From a virus (Duplodnaviria > Caudoviricetes): a DNA stretch of 50,828 nucleotides. The notes under the pieces are model-generated. The model did not search any database, was not told the DNA's origin, and saw only the letters and a program-made list of their open reading frames with translations. This document shows, piece after piece, positions 5,770-14,995 of the stretch (within the stretch, counting starts at the first letter, position 1; each line of letters opens with the position of its first letter). Location of the stretch: the IMG/VR virus record IMGVR_UViG_3300023267_000002, positions 1 through 50,828 of that record. One strand, given 5' to 3'. A program made the translations under genes and the position numbers.

Positions 5770-6608
5770 GGTGGGGCTCCTTGCATGCGGATGGTCGAGT
5801 CGTCGAGGGTTGCCGTCAGCGAGCACTCCGCCGGGCACGCGCCCAGCAGGAAGCCATGGCGGCAGGTGAGCAGCTGTCCGTGCCGCAGGTTGAGCACGGG
5901 GATCGCGTAGTCGTCGGCGATGCGGATGGCCGTGCCGGTGCCGCCCGTGGCTGACGTCGTGTGCCGGCCTTCTGTCGCGCCATCCGGCGACCAGCAGATG
6001 ACCAGATCGACGGGGCTGTTGCAGTCGGGGCCGAGCACCTGGTGGACGTTGCGCGCGACCAGCTTCTGCGCGCCGGGGGGCAGACGGTTCCAGGCCGGGT
6101 GATACCTGGACGCACGCATGAAGGCGCGCGGCGTGGGCTCGTTCAGGCCGCCCAGGCCGGCGTCCAGATGGCCGTTGAAGCCGCGCCAGGGCAGGTAGAG
6201 CTCCAGCGCCATGCGCCTCGGGCGAGCCTCGTTGTAGCCGCGCAGGAAGGCAGCATCGGCCCCTTCGGCGCCGCCGGTGCGCAGGCGCCAGTGCTTCTCG
6301 GCGAGCACGCGCCCCAGCGTGCGCATCACGGCGAGCTTCAGGTCTGGCGTCTTGCGCGAGCCAATGCCGGCGTAGACGGCGCCGTCCGCGCGCAGCAGGC
6401 GCGGGATCAGCGCCTGCGCGGTGAGATCCCAGCGCGAGCACGCGGGCACGGGCTCGCCCATCAGGTGCGGGTCGTCCAGCTCCGGAAGCACCACGCGCGA
6501 CATACCGCAGGACGCGCACGTGAGCAGATGCCCATCGCGGACCGGGAAGTGTTTGTGCTGGCGGAGCCAGGTCGCCGCCAGCTCGGTAGCCTTGGCGCGC
6601 GCGCTCAT
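5766..6608 (-). CDS. DprA/Smf-like SLOG-family protein
   Basis: YAGIGSRKTP, LRTGGAEGADAAF, LYLPW, VICWSPDG and GGTGTAIRIA motifs. Confidence 0.8.
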   Translation of the reverse strand: MSARAKATELAATWLRQHKHFPVRDGHLLTCASCGMSRVVLPELDDPHLMGEPVPACSRWDLTAQALIPRLLRADGAVYAGIGSRKTPDLKLAVMRTLGRVLAEKHWRLRTGGAEGADAAFLRGYNEARPRRMALELYLPWRGFNGHLDAGLGGLNEPTPRAFMRASRYHPAWNRLPPGAQKLVARNVHQVLGPDCNSPVDLVICWSPDGATEGRHTTSATGGTGTAIRIADDYAIPVLNLRHGQLLTCRHGFLLGACPAECSLTATLDDSTIRMQGAPP

Positions 6609-7426
6609 CGGGCCTCGGGCGGCGGGGTGGGCGAGGCGTCGCGCACCAGCCTCGCCAGCTCGTCGACGTTCGCGGCAAGCGGCGGCAGGTTGTCGACCTT
6701 CCCCTCCGCGACGCGTTTGGCGATCCACTCGCGGATGCTCGCGACGTAGTACGCAACCGAGCTGGCCTTGACCGATGCCTCCACCTCCGCGTGCTGCGGA
6801 CCTTCGGTACTGGCGAGGATGGCGTCGAGCGCCTCCAGGGCCATCGAGCAGCCATCGGCGACGCCCATGCCACGATGGCAGTGTTCGCACCCGGGGCCGC
6901 AGCAATTGAGGGCGTCGACCTGTGCGCGGGTGCCTTCGTCGAAGAGACGCTTACGGAGCGCGGTCAGCGCGGCGCGGATGGCCTGAACCTTCCCGATGCG
7001 CCCGGCGCGCTCCAGCGCAAGCTCCTCGGTCAGCTCGGCCACGCGCGCCATCACACGCGCCGCAGCATTTACCGTCGCTTCGTCTTCGCCAGCCTTCAGC
7101 TCCTTGCGCAACGCATCCTCGAAGAACTGCTCTCCGCGCTCAAGCTCGGCCACGCGCTTCTGGGCAGCGTCGCGTGCGGTTGCTGCCGAGTGGAGCGCGC
7201 TGGTAAGGGCGTCGTTGCTGCTCTCCAGACTTGCGATGACAGTGCGGTCACCATCCCTCTCGGCGCGGGCGGCGTCGAGATCGCGCGTGACTTCTGAATG
7301 CCGGCCGCTCCAGTGGTCTCGAGACTCTTGCAGGAGATCTCGCTCGGCGCGGGCCTGGTCGCGCTCGCGCATGGCGGCCGCGGCCGCCTTCGCATCGATC
7401 ATCTTCAGCAGGATGCGAGCGATCAT
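6605..7426 (-). CDS. coiled-coil hypothetical protein
   Basis: Heptad-rich Ala/Glu/Arg sequence with CCGPGCEHC; ATGA coupling. Confidence 0.65.
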   Translation of the reverse strand: MIARILLKMIDAKAAAAAMRERDQARAERDLLQESRDHWSGRHSEVTRDLDAARAERDGDRTVIASLESSNDALTSALHSAATARDAAQKRVAELERGEQFFEDALRKELKAGEDEATVNAAARVMARVAELTEELALERAGRIGKVQAIRAALTALRKRLFDEGTRAQVDALNCCGPGCEHCHRGMGVADGCSMALEALDAILASTEGPQHAEVEASVKASSVAYYVASIREWIAKRVAEGKVDNLPPLAANVDELARLVRDASPTPPPEAR

Positions 7427-7647
7427 GTGCCTCCTCCGTGCGTGGCCACCGCGGCGCGGTACAGCTTCACCTGCTCGTCGGTGGCGATGAAGCCGCAGGC
7501 GAGGCAAACCTCGTGTCCCTTCTCAACGCCCATCAGCCGCGAGTGCAGCGCGCCTGCGAACTGATGCCCGGAGCATCCCTTCTTCTTGCTCGCCTCGTGC
7601 GCGTCCCGGAGCTTGCGCAGCGTGCGCAGCAGTCGACGGAAGCTCAT
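7423..7647 (-). CDS. small hypothetical protein
   Basis: MSFRRLLR...CSGH..CLACG; coupled start and stop. Confidence 0.55.
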   Translation of the reverse strand: MSFRRLLRTLRKLRDAHEASKKKGCSGHQFAGALHSRLMGVEKGHEVCLACGFIATDEQVKLYRAAVATHGGGT

Positions 7648-9479
7648 CAGAACAGCGTCTCCGAGGCCGTGAGGCCCTTCGCGTTGCCGACGATCAGGCA
7701 GAGCCGACGAAGCCTGCCCACGATGTTGCGGAAGCCGCCGCTGTCCTCGTAGCCCGCATATTGAGCGACGAGGCTCTGCGGCAGCGTGTTCGGGTAGCGG
7801 TCGCAGAGGACCTTCAGCGCGGTCGCCTCGCCCTTGCCGAGCTGGCTGTACCAGTGATCGCGCAGCGCCGCGCCGGTAGGCAGCTGCTCGAAGGGGCCGA
7901 GGAACTTCACGCCCGCCGGCGTGATGCGCAGGTGTTTGTTCCCGCCCTCGATGAGCCCGCCGCGGCGCAGCGCGCCCCACAAGTTGCGGAAGCCGCCGCT
8001 CGGCGCGTAGCCGGTCAGCGTGGCCAGCTGGCTATGGCTGCGCCCTTCCGGATGTTGCGCGAGCGCGGTCAGGAGCTTCATGTGCCCCTTGCCGTACTCC
8101 TGCGCGCCGTCGGAGCGAGGCTCAGCTGCGGGCTTGGGCGCGCGAGCTGGCCCTGGGCGATCGCCCGGGAAGCCACGCGCCGGCATCGTCAGACCGGGCA
8201 GGCCGGGCAGCTTCGCGACTTCGGCGTCGGTGAGGATGGGAACCGTCGTGCCGGGCACGAACTCGCGCACGTGCGGACCGCGACAGGCCTCCGAGCACTT
8301 CGACACGGCATTCACCAGCCGCTCGACCATGAAGCCGGCCTTCTGGTGGTTCTCGGCGAGCTGCTGCTGCACCCGGCGCTGCTTCTCCAGGATGTCGGGC
8401 CCGAGCGCGATCAGGTCGTGGATCTTGCGGAGCAGCGTGGCCTCGCGCTTGCCCAGCATCGGCACCTGCACCTCGCGCACCTTGACCTTGACCTGCGCCG
8501 GCGCGTGTTTGTCCTGGCGCGCGACGACCTTCTTCAGCTCTTGCTCCAGCTCGGCGACGCGCGCGCGCAGCACGGCCGGGTCGTTGGCCTTGCGAGCTTC
8601 CGCAGCCTCGAGGAGGGCGCCCTGGAGCTTGCTCACGTCGAAGTCGTTGAGCTTGCCGGAGGAGCGAGCGCGGGCGCCCACGGTCGGCGTGCTGCTTGCG
8701 TCTGACGATCGCTTCTTGGCGATGGTCACGCGTTCGTGGATCTTCAGCCACTGCGGCGACCACGCGAAGCACTCGCCCACGTCGAGCTTCGGCAGCAGGT
8801 TGGACAGCTTCGCGCCGTCCTCGCCGCGCTCGTTCATCCACCCTTCGATGACCTTGCGCTCCTGCGGCCCGGTCATCTGGAACGCCAGCAGCAGCTCGCT
8901 CTGGTTCAACGTCTCCTTGTTCACCGCTTGCGGGCGCTGGCTGATCTGCGATGCGCCGATGCCGAAGTTGCGGCCGAGCTTCACGACGCGCTGGGCGATG
9001 TGCAGCATCTTCTCCTCTCCGCGCGCCGGGCGCTGCGGGATGAATTCCTGGCACTCCTCGATGAACACGTGGCACGCCGCCGGCGACGCCTTGCGCCGCT
9101 GGAAGAGCGCTTCGAGGAACGCCGTCGCGAAGCGGATCTGCTCGGCGCGCAGCATCTGGCTCACGTCGATGACGGCGGACAGGCCCTGATCGGCGACTAG
9201 CTCACCGACCAGGGCGCCGGCGGTGGGCTCGATGGGCACGTCGCCATGCAGGCCGCCCAGCACAGCGATGTCGAAACCCTTGCCCAGGCGCAGGCCGTAC
9301 CAGACGCCCACCGGGTCCAGCGCGATCACCTGCGCGCCGGCGTCGAGCATCAGCTCCGCGAGCTTCGTCGCGCCGTACGTCTTGCCGCTGCCGGTGCGGC
9401 CCAAGAAGGCGAGCTTCTGCGTCACCACGTCGACGGGCAGCGCGAGCGTGCCGCCGGTGCCCAGCTGTAGCTTCTTCAT
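7647..9479 (-). CDS. HerA/FtsK-like (DUF87-type) P-loop ATPase with coiled coil and C-terminal HTH-like repeats
   Basis: Walker A GRTGSGKT, LDPVG, Walker B VFIEECQ, GRNFGIG..SQRP; two C-terminal GY..SGGFRN repeats. Confidence 0.85.
   Translation of the reverse strand: MKKLQLGTGGTLALPVDVVTQKLAFLGRTGSGKTYGATKLAELMLDAGAQVIALDPVGVWYGLRLGKGFDIAVLGGLHGDVPIEPTAGALVGELVADQGLSAVIDVSQMLRAEQIRFATAFLEALFQRRKASPAACHVFIEECQEFIPQRPARGEEKMLHIAQRVVKLGRNFGIGASQISQRPQAVNKETLNQSELLLAFQMTGPQERKVIEGWMNERGEDGAKLSNLLPKLDVGECFAWSPQWLKIHERVTIAKKRSSDASSTPTVGARARSSGKLNDFDVSKLQGALLEAAEARKANDPAVLRARVAELEQELKKVVARQDKHAPAQVKVKVREVQVPMLGKREATLLRKIHDLIALGPDILEKQRRVQQQLAENHQKAGFMVERLVNAVSKCSEACRGPHVREFVPGTTVPILTDAEVAKLPGLPGLTMPARGFPGDRPGPARAPKPAAEPRSDGAQEYGKGHMKLLTALAQHPEGRSHSQLATLTGYAPSGGFRNLWGALRRGGLIEGGNKHLRITPAGVKFLGPFEQLPTGAALRDHWYSQLGKGEATALKVLCDRYPNTLPQSLVAQYAGYEDSGGFRNIVGRLRRLCLIVGNAKGLTASETLF
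8505..8516 (-). promoter_or_regulatory. CAGGACAAACAC motif (perfect, intragenic)
   Basis: Encodes QDKH using an AAA Lys codon. Confidence 0.6.
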
Positions 9480-9832
9480 GTGGCCCCCGCAGCGGCGATG
9501 GTGTTGCGGATGATCTCGAAGACGGTGGTACAGAGGCGCCGCTTGTTGGTCTGGAGGTCTGGCGTCTCGGACAGCTTCTTGGTGAGCAGCATCCACACCT
9601 TGAAGATCTCCTGCGTGCTCATCTCGTCGTGCGCCGCGGCCGCGCCTTCGTGCGACTCGAAGACGATCGCCGCGCCGCCGTCCTCTTGCCGGTGCACCGC
9701 AGCGACAAACACGGCCGACGCGGACTTCTCGCCGCGGTCTGCGTCGTAGTCGGCGTCGCGCGCCGCGCGGAAGCGTTTGATCTGGAAGGTCACGCACGGG
9801 CCGTCCGCGCGCGGGTAGTCGGTCGTCTTCAT
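9476..9832 (-). CDS. hypothetical protein
   Basis: MKTTDYPRADG start with GAAGGAGG RBS; coupled. Confidence 0.65.
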   Translation of the reverse strand: MKTTDYPRADGPCVTFQIKRFRAARDADYDADRGEKSASAVFVAAVHRQEDGGAAIVFESHEGAAAAHDEMSTQEIFKVWMLLTKKLSETPDLQTNKRRLCTTVFEIIRNTIAAAGAT

Positions 9833-10170
9833 CGAGCCCTCCTTCGGGGCAACGTCTTTTCGAGGGTTGCGTGCTGCGGCCCCACGGTCTCCACCTCTGC
9901 GTCGATCTTCCCTCGCGCGATGGCGAGCCGCAGGCCGATGTTGTTGCCGGGGCCGATCTGATTGACGAGCCAGCCGACGCACGGCAGCTCCTCGCCGACC
10001 GCTGATTCGTGGCAGGCCATGACTCGCACGGGCCCAGCGATGCTCTCCAGCCCGCTGCGCACGGTGCGCTTCAGGTCGCGATGCTTGTCGGCGTCGTAGC
10101 CGCCGGGGATGTCTCGCTCGGGGCGCGTGCTCGTCTTCCACGGGCATGCCTTGCACTGGCGGCGCTTCAT
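9829..10170 (-). CDS. CxxCPW Cys-rich protein (DUF6283-like)
   Basis: QCKACPW...MACHES...CVGWL. Confidence 0.7.
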   Translation of the reverse strand: MKRRQCKACPWKTSTRPERDIPGGYDADKHRDLKRTVRSGLESIAGPVRVMACHESAVGEELPCVGWLVNQIGPGNNIGLRLAIARGKIDAEVETVGPQHATLEKTLPRRRAR

Positions 10171-10517
10171 GTCTTCTCCGAGGTCAGGCGTGCGGCGAGA
10201 GCGTCGAGCCCGGTGATGGCGTCGACGATCTCGTGGAGTCGGTACTTCTCTGCGTCCTGGATGGCCGCGATCAGGCGCGGCATCGCCTCGGCCGCTGCGA
10301 TGCGGGCGTCGAGCGATGCCCTCGTCAGCGCGAACGGCGGAGCGCTCGCCGAGCTGCTCCAGGTGAGCTTGCGCCCGGCGAAGGAGACGCGGCCGATGGG
10401 GTTGTCGATGACGACGCTCGCCTCGGCCGTGAGGTTCGCTCCGACGAGCGCATCTTCGAGTCGGCCGATGGCTGCGTTCAGGTCGTCCGCGGCTTGCGCG
10501 ATGGCGGGAGTGGTCAC
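10167..10517 (-). CDS. hypothetical protein
   Basis: 116-aa ORF with GGGAGG RBS; coupled at both ends. Confidence 0.6.
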   Translation of the reverse strand: MTTPAIAQAADDLNAAIGRLEDALVGANLTAEASVVIDNPIGRVSFAGRKLTWSSSASAPPFALTRASLDARIAAAEAMPRLIAAIQDAEKYRLHEIVDAITGLDALAARLTSEKT

Positions 10518-10975
10518 GTGGCCTCCCTACGGCTGCGCTCGCGATCAGCGATCACCAGCTCGCTTTGTGCCTCGCCCCCGCAGAAGGGGCAGAAGTTGAT
10601 CGCGACCGGCGTGTCGCTGGAGCTGCGGGCGTACATCACGACGCCGGCGACGGTGTGCTTCACGCGCCCGCGCTTCATGGTCAGGGTCAGCGTGACCAGC
10701 CGCTCTTGCAGGCCGCTCGCCCCGCGCGTCTCTTCGATCGCTCGACGCATGGTGCGGCAGCGCGACGTTGCCGTGCACAGCTTGCCGTCGTCGCCCTTCA
10801 TGGGCTCCGACCACGGCGTCAGCTCCTTGGGCTGGCCGACGTTGATCGCGCCAGTGCGCGCCTTGCGTGGGTGCTTGTCGGGGCCGCGCACGGGCCTGCT
10901 ATCGGCCTTGCCGTGCTGGCGGCAGCGTTCGCAGTCGATGGCGTGGCAGAACTTGCCGAAGGGTCCGCAGTCCAC
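10514..10975 (-). CDS. Cys-rich hypothetical protein
   Basis: C..FCH..CERC and a C-terminal INFCPFCG zinc knuckle. Confidence 0.6.
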   Translation of the reverse strand: MDCGPFGKFCHAIDCERCRQHGKADSRPVRGPDKHPRKARTGAINVGQPKELTPWSEPMKGDDGKLCTATSRCRTMRRAIEETRGASGLQERLVTLTLTMKRGRVKHTVAGVVMYARSSSDTPVAINFCPFCGGEAQSELVIADRERSRREAT

Positions 10976-10977
10976 CG

Positions 10978-11451
10978 TCAGCCTTCTTCCATCGCCAGCG
11001 GCAGGCCGATCTCGGGATCGTCGATGGCCAGGTCACCCGGAAGGGGACCGTCGCCGAAGGGCGGCGGCAGCGGCATGCCGATGCGCTCCACAACCCAGTA
11101 GCGCATGCCGCGCTTCGTCAGCCCGAGCTTGCGTCGACCGAGGTAGGCGGTCATCGATTCCGGCGTGACCACGCTCTGCTCGTTGCTCAGCTTGCGCAGC
11201 TCGCGGATGACGACGATCAGCGAGCCCGGGCACTCGCGCGGCTTGGCGCCGGGCTTGGCGCCGGCGGCGATGTGATCGGGATGCGACGGGTCGGTCAGGT
11301 GGCACGACTGCCGACCGCCGGCGCTGTCGGGGGATGCGCCGCGGATCTGGTTCCACAGCCGGCGCAGGTTGCTCTTACGGAAGAAGCCACCAGGGCTCGG
11401 CTTGCCCTGATTCGAGCGCCGCCAGGGGCACTGCTCGCACGCAGTCTTCAT
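10978..11451 (-). CDS. second CxxCPW Cys-rich protein (DUF6283-like)
   Basis: ACEQCPWRR...QSCH...ECPGS. Confidence 0.7.
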   Translation of the reverse strand: MKTACEQCPWRRSNQGKPSPGGFFRKSNLRRLWNQIRGASPDSAGGRQSCHLTDPSHPDHIAAGAKPGAKPRECPGSLIVVIRELRKLSNEQSVVTPESMTAYLGRRKLGLTKRGMRYWVVERIGMPLPPPFGDGPLPGDLAIDDPEIGLPLAMEEG

Positions 11452-11489
11452 GCTGTCGTCCCTTCATTGGGCCCCGTTATTGGGGGAGC

Positions 11490-11580
11490 GGCTGGAGGCG
11501 CGCGAGGTGGGAGCAATCGGCTCGCAGAGCACCGATTCGCAGCCGTTGCGAGGGGCCGTCCGCCTCGCGCGCCTTCAACC
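11490..11580. ncRNA. intergenic multibranched structured element
   Basis: 21-nt arms 11490-11510 and 11560-11580 pair and enclose two inner hairpins. Confidence 0.45.
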
Positions 11581-11612
11581 AAAAGCGACCCTACCGGCGA
11601 ACTTCTCGAAGA

Positions 11613-11813
11613 TCAAGCCCCCGGCTTGGGCTTCAGCGCCTCGCGCAGCTCGTTCATCTTCTCGTCGAGCAGCATGTTCGCGCACAGCTCCACGCACTCG
11701 CCGCAGATGCGATGCTGGTGATCGCCGCACGCGGTGTGCGTGGGCACCGGCGCCGTCTCGATCAGGTTCTTCACCTGGTGCCGCGTCTTGCCGCAGAAGC
11801 AGCACCACTTCAT
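11613..11813 (-). CDS. stand-alone ClpX C4-type zinc-finger protein
   Basis: CCFCGKTRHQVKNLI...ICGECVELCANML closely resembles the ClpX N-domain. Confidence 0.8.
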   Translation of the reverse strand: MKWCCFCGKTRHQVKNLIETAPVPTHTACGDHQHRICGECVELCANMLLDEKMNELREALKPKPGA

Positions 11814-12157
11814 GCGCGGCGCATCGGCGGGGGCTTCAGCGGCTTGCGGAAGGCGCCGGGCACGCCGTCCAGGTGGTCGACGCGCCGGCCTTCCGGTATG
11901 CCTCCGCTCGCGAAGGTGGTGGTCGGACCGAGGCCGAGCTTGCGGATCATCACGTCGCAGAAGCGCCGCTGCTTGTCGCTCAGCGTGGCGTCGCGCCGGT
12001 GCAGCTTCCGCCCTTCCAGCTCGCGACGCATGTCCTCGAAGGTCTCTTGCTCCTCGGGCTCCAGGCAGCCGGAGGCGATGAGCAGATCCAGGCGCCGGCC
12101 ATCGGCTTCTTGCTGCTGGACGCGGCGGTTGTGTTCGCGGCTCGTGGGCAGGCTCAT
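11810..12157 (-). CDS. hypothetical protein
   Basis: Starts MSLPTSREH at an ATGA overlap; LSDKQ motif. Confidence 0.6.
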   Translation of the reverse strand: MSLPTSREHNRRVQQQEADGRRLDLLIASGCLEPEEQETFEDMRRELEGRKLHRRDATLSDKQRRFCDVMIRKLGLGPTTTFASGGIPEGRRVDHLDGVPGAFRKPLKPPPMRRA

Positions 12158-13977
12158 TCGATCGGCTCGTTGGAGGTGGCAGGCTTGGCGCACTCGGCGC
12201 GGTGTTTGTTCACGGTCGCGCCGAAGCCGGTCCAGCCGCAAGAGCAAGTCCACGGCTCGCCCATCGACGACTCGATCTTCGGCAGGTCCTTCTTCGGCAC
12301 GCCCGGGGCGCCGCCGTGCCCGTTCTTGCACGTCTCGCCCGACGTGGTGTTGAACTGCGGCTGCCCGCACTCGGTGCAATAGAGCTTCGGGCCCTTCGTG
12401 GCCACGCGCTTCGGGTGCGTGTTCGGGCCGCGCGCCTTGGGCTTCGCCGCCGCCTTCTTCTTCGCCGGCTTGCTCTCGCCCTCGGTGAGCTTCGCCGGCG
12501 GGGCGGATGCCGGCTCCTCCAGCACGCCCTCGATCACGCTGGGCGCGATCTCCAGGTGCTTGCGCTTCGTGCCCTTCACCGGCGTGTGCGTGAGGCGAGG
12601 CGAGCCCGGCGTCTTCACCGCCACCACGTCGAGCATGGCCTTCACGAGCTGCACTTGAGAGCCTTTCGCCCCGAGCTCACGCGCGCCGCCCTCCGCTCCG
12701 AGGAAGGCGTCGAGCTTCTTCGGAGCGATCTCGCAGACGCCGGCGATGATCTGCTCGTGCGTGAGGCCGAGCTTCGCGAGCAGCGGGAAGGCCTTGTCCA
12801 TCGGGTAGGCGGTCGACGCGTTCCAGGGCACGAGCCGGTACGTCGTGCCGGCGAGCGTGACGCTGGCCTTGTTCTCCAGCTGCGCGCGGATGGCCACGGC
12901 GAGGTCCCGCTTCTTCTTCACCGCGATCTTCTCGATGGCGTGCGCGCGCTCGTACATCTGCCCGATGGCCTCCAGCTCCTCGGGCTCCTCCGCCACCAGC
13001 TCATCGCCGCGGGTGACCGCAAGCTGGTAGGCGGCGCACGTGCGGCGGTGGTCGCAGTAGCCGCAGAAGGGACCGATGCGCGCCGGGTACTCCTTCGCGC
13101 GCTCCGACTGCCGGCCCTCCGCGAGCACGTAGCCGGCCGCGTCCTCGATCTGCGCCTCGGTGCGCTCGGTGTGCAGCTCGACGCCGTGGCGGAGCATGTG
13201 AAACTCGTACTGGATGTGCTTCGCCCAGGGGAACGCCTGGCGCACGGCAAGGCTGTAGGCGGACATCTGGAGGTCGGTGTCCAGCTCGTCGCGGGAGAAG
13301 AGCAGCCGGTTGCTCTTGTAGTCGATGATCTTGACCGTCTCGTCGTTCACCTTGTCGACGCGATCGATCTTGCCGTAGATCGTGAACTCTTCGAGCTTCA
13401 CCCAAAACTCCAGCTCGACGCCCAGGATCGTCTCGTAGTCGGCTTCCGCATTCTGGGCGAGGTAGGAGCGCAGCAGGCCCAGGCCCTCGCTGTACAGGTC
13501 GCCGCCGCTCAGCTGCGATGCCGCCCAGGCCTCGCGGTAGAATTCGACGAGCTTGTCTTCGGGGATCTTGCCCTTGTGCTTCGTCTCGACGATCCACTTG
13601 TAGAGGCTCTCCAGCGCCTCGTGCAGCATCGAGCCGAAGGCGCCGGCCTCCGAGAAGTCGCTCGGGAGCTTCTTGATGTAGTGCGCCTCGAAGGACGCCG
13701 GGCACGACTCCCAGCGCTTCAGCCGCGAGACGCTCAGGTACTCGTTGACGAAGGTGCGCTGGTCCAGGTCCGTGGGCAGGCCGGCGCCGGCGACCACCAT
13801 CGCGCTCTCGGCCATGACCACGGCCGTCACCGCGTCGTCGATCTTCTTCTCCAGCACGTCGATGCGCTCGGCCTCGAGGCCGTCGTCGTCGTCGAAGAAG
13901 GACGCGGCGAGCGATGCATCAGGGGGGGGCGGCGCGGGGGCGTCGTCGTCGTCGAAGAACGAGGCAAGGTCAGTCAT
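12154..13977 (-). CDS. RecB/AddB/Cas4-like PD-(D/E)xK nuclease with C-terminal zinc fingers
   Basis: LSVSRL..WESCP, GSMLHEALE, GVELEF, GKIDRVD, IIDYKS, QMSAY and CGYCDHRRTC. Confidence 0.88.
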   Translation of the reverse strand: MTDLASFFDDDDAPAPPPPDASLAASFFDDDDGLEAERIDVLEKKIDDAVTAVVMAESAMVVAGAGLPTDLDQRTFVNEYLSVSRLKRWESCPASFEAHYIKKLPSDFSEAGAFGSMLHEALESLYKWIVETKHKGKIPEDKLVEFYREAWAASQLSGGDLYSEGLGLLRSYLAQNAEADYETILGVELEFWVKLEEFTIYGKIDRVDKVNDETVKIIDYKSNRLLFSRDELDTDLQMSAYSLAVRQAFPWAKHIQYEFHMLRHGVELHTERTEAQIEDAAGYVLAEGRQSERAKEYPARIGPFCGYCDHRRTCAAYQLAVTRGDELVAEEPEELEAIGQMYERAHAIEKIAVKKKRDLAVAIRAQLENKASVTLAGTTYRLVPWNASTAYPMDKAFPLLAKLGLTHEQIIAGVCEIAPKKLDAFLGAEGGARELGAKGSQVQLVKAMLDVVAVKTPGSPRLTHTPVKGTKRKHLEIAPSVIEGVLEEPASAPPAKLTEGESKPAKKKAAAKPKARGPNTHPKRVATKGPKLYCTECGQPQFNTTSGETCKNGHGGAPGVPKKDLPKIESSMGEPWTCSCGWTGFGATVNKHRAECAKPATSNEPIE

Positions 13978-14978
13978 CGGTGTGCACCATTCGTCTCTCG
14001 GGCCAGCTGCGCGGACACCTGGAACGAGGCGCCGCGGATGTCGTGTTCCCAGATCAGCTTCCACGTGCGGGGCGCGAGCCGGTACGTCAACGCGCGTTCG
14101 AGCGGAACGTCGTCGCCCTTGTCGACCCAGCTCAGGAAGCCACGCTGCACCATCTCGAAGAGCGTCTCGCTGTAGTCGAAGGCGCCCGTCGGCAGGCTCT
14201 CGTCCGTCGACCACCTGCTCTCGATGCGCTTCCAGATCTCGTCCTCTGCCATCGCGCAGCCCTTGGCCTTGAAGAGCATCTTGACGATCTCGGCCGAGGG
14301 CAGGAACGGCCGCCGCTCACGCACGGGCGTCGGCGCCAGCAAGGTCACGCGCGTCTCGTGGCAGGGCGCGGGCGTCCAGATCATCCAGCCGTACTCGCAG
14401 GAGTCGCTCGCGCCGAGCACGAAGTTGGGCCGGTCCGGCAGCGCCTTCGCGTAGGCGGGCATGTTGCCGGCGGCGAACCACGGATGCCGCTCAGCGGAGT
14501 GCAGGAAGTTCATCCGCAGCAGCATGATGGTGAAGGTCGCGAGCGGCTGGCAGGCCTGCACGAACTCCTGCGCGAGCGAGTAGGGCGGGTTGCCGATGCA
14601 CACGGCGAAGGGACGATGCTGGTGACCATCGGCGCAGCGCTCGCGCGCGACGGCGGGCGCGGCGTGCCGTCCGGCGGTCAGGAAGTCGCCGATCAGCGCG
14701 ACACCGGCGCCGTGGAGGGTGCGCACCAGATTGCTCTCCTCCTCGGCTCGCAGCTCGCAAGCGACCCACGTGGGCTCGCACCACTCGGCCGCCTCCTCGC
14801 AGGCCTCGATGAGCGCGCCGCTGCCAGCGCTCGGCTCCAGCCACAGGCCGTCGCCGTACGTGCGCAGCATGCGCTCCACCGCGGCGTCCTCCAGCAGGCG
14901 CCGGACGCACCAGGACGGCGTTGGGAAGTTCTCAGTCTCGCCGCCGGGCGAGTCGTCTTTCGACACGCGTCTGCTCAT
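13974..14978 (-). CDS. DNA amino-methyltransferase (N6-adenine type)
   Basis: FPTPSW, motif I LEPSAGSG and catalytic motif IV IGNPPY. Confidence 0.85.
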   Translation of the reverse strand: MSRRVSKDDSPGGETENFPTPSWCVRRLLEDAAVERMLRTYGDGLWLEPSAGSGALIEACEEAAEWCEPTWVACELRAEEESNLVRTLHGAGVALIGDFLTAGRHAAPAVARERCADGHQHRPFAVCIGNPPYSLAQEFVQACQPLATFTIMLLRMNFLHSAERHPWFAAGNMPAYAKALPDRPNFVLGASDSCEYGWMIWTPAPCHETRVTLLAPTPVRERRPFLPSAEIVKMLFKAKGCAMAEDEIWKRIESRWSTDESLPTGAFDYSETLFEMVQRGFLSWVDKGDDVPLERALTYRLAPRTWKLIWEHDIRGASFQVSAQLARETNGAHR

Positions 14979-14995
14979 CGTGGGCTCCTTGCATG

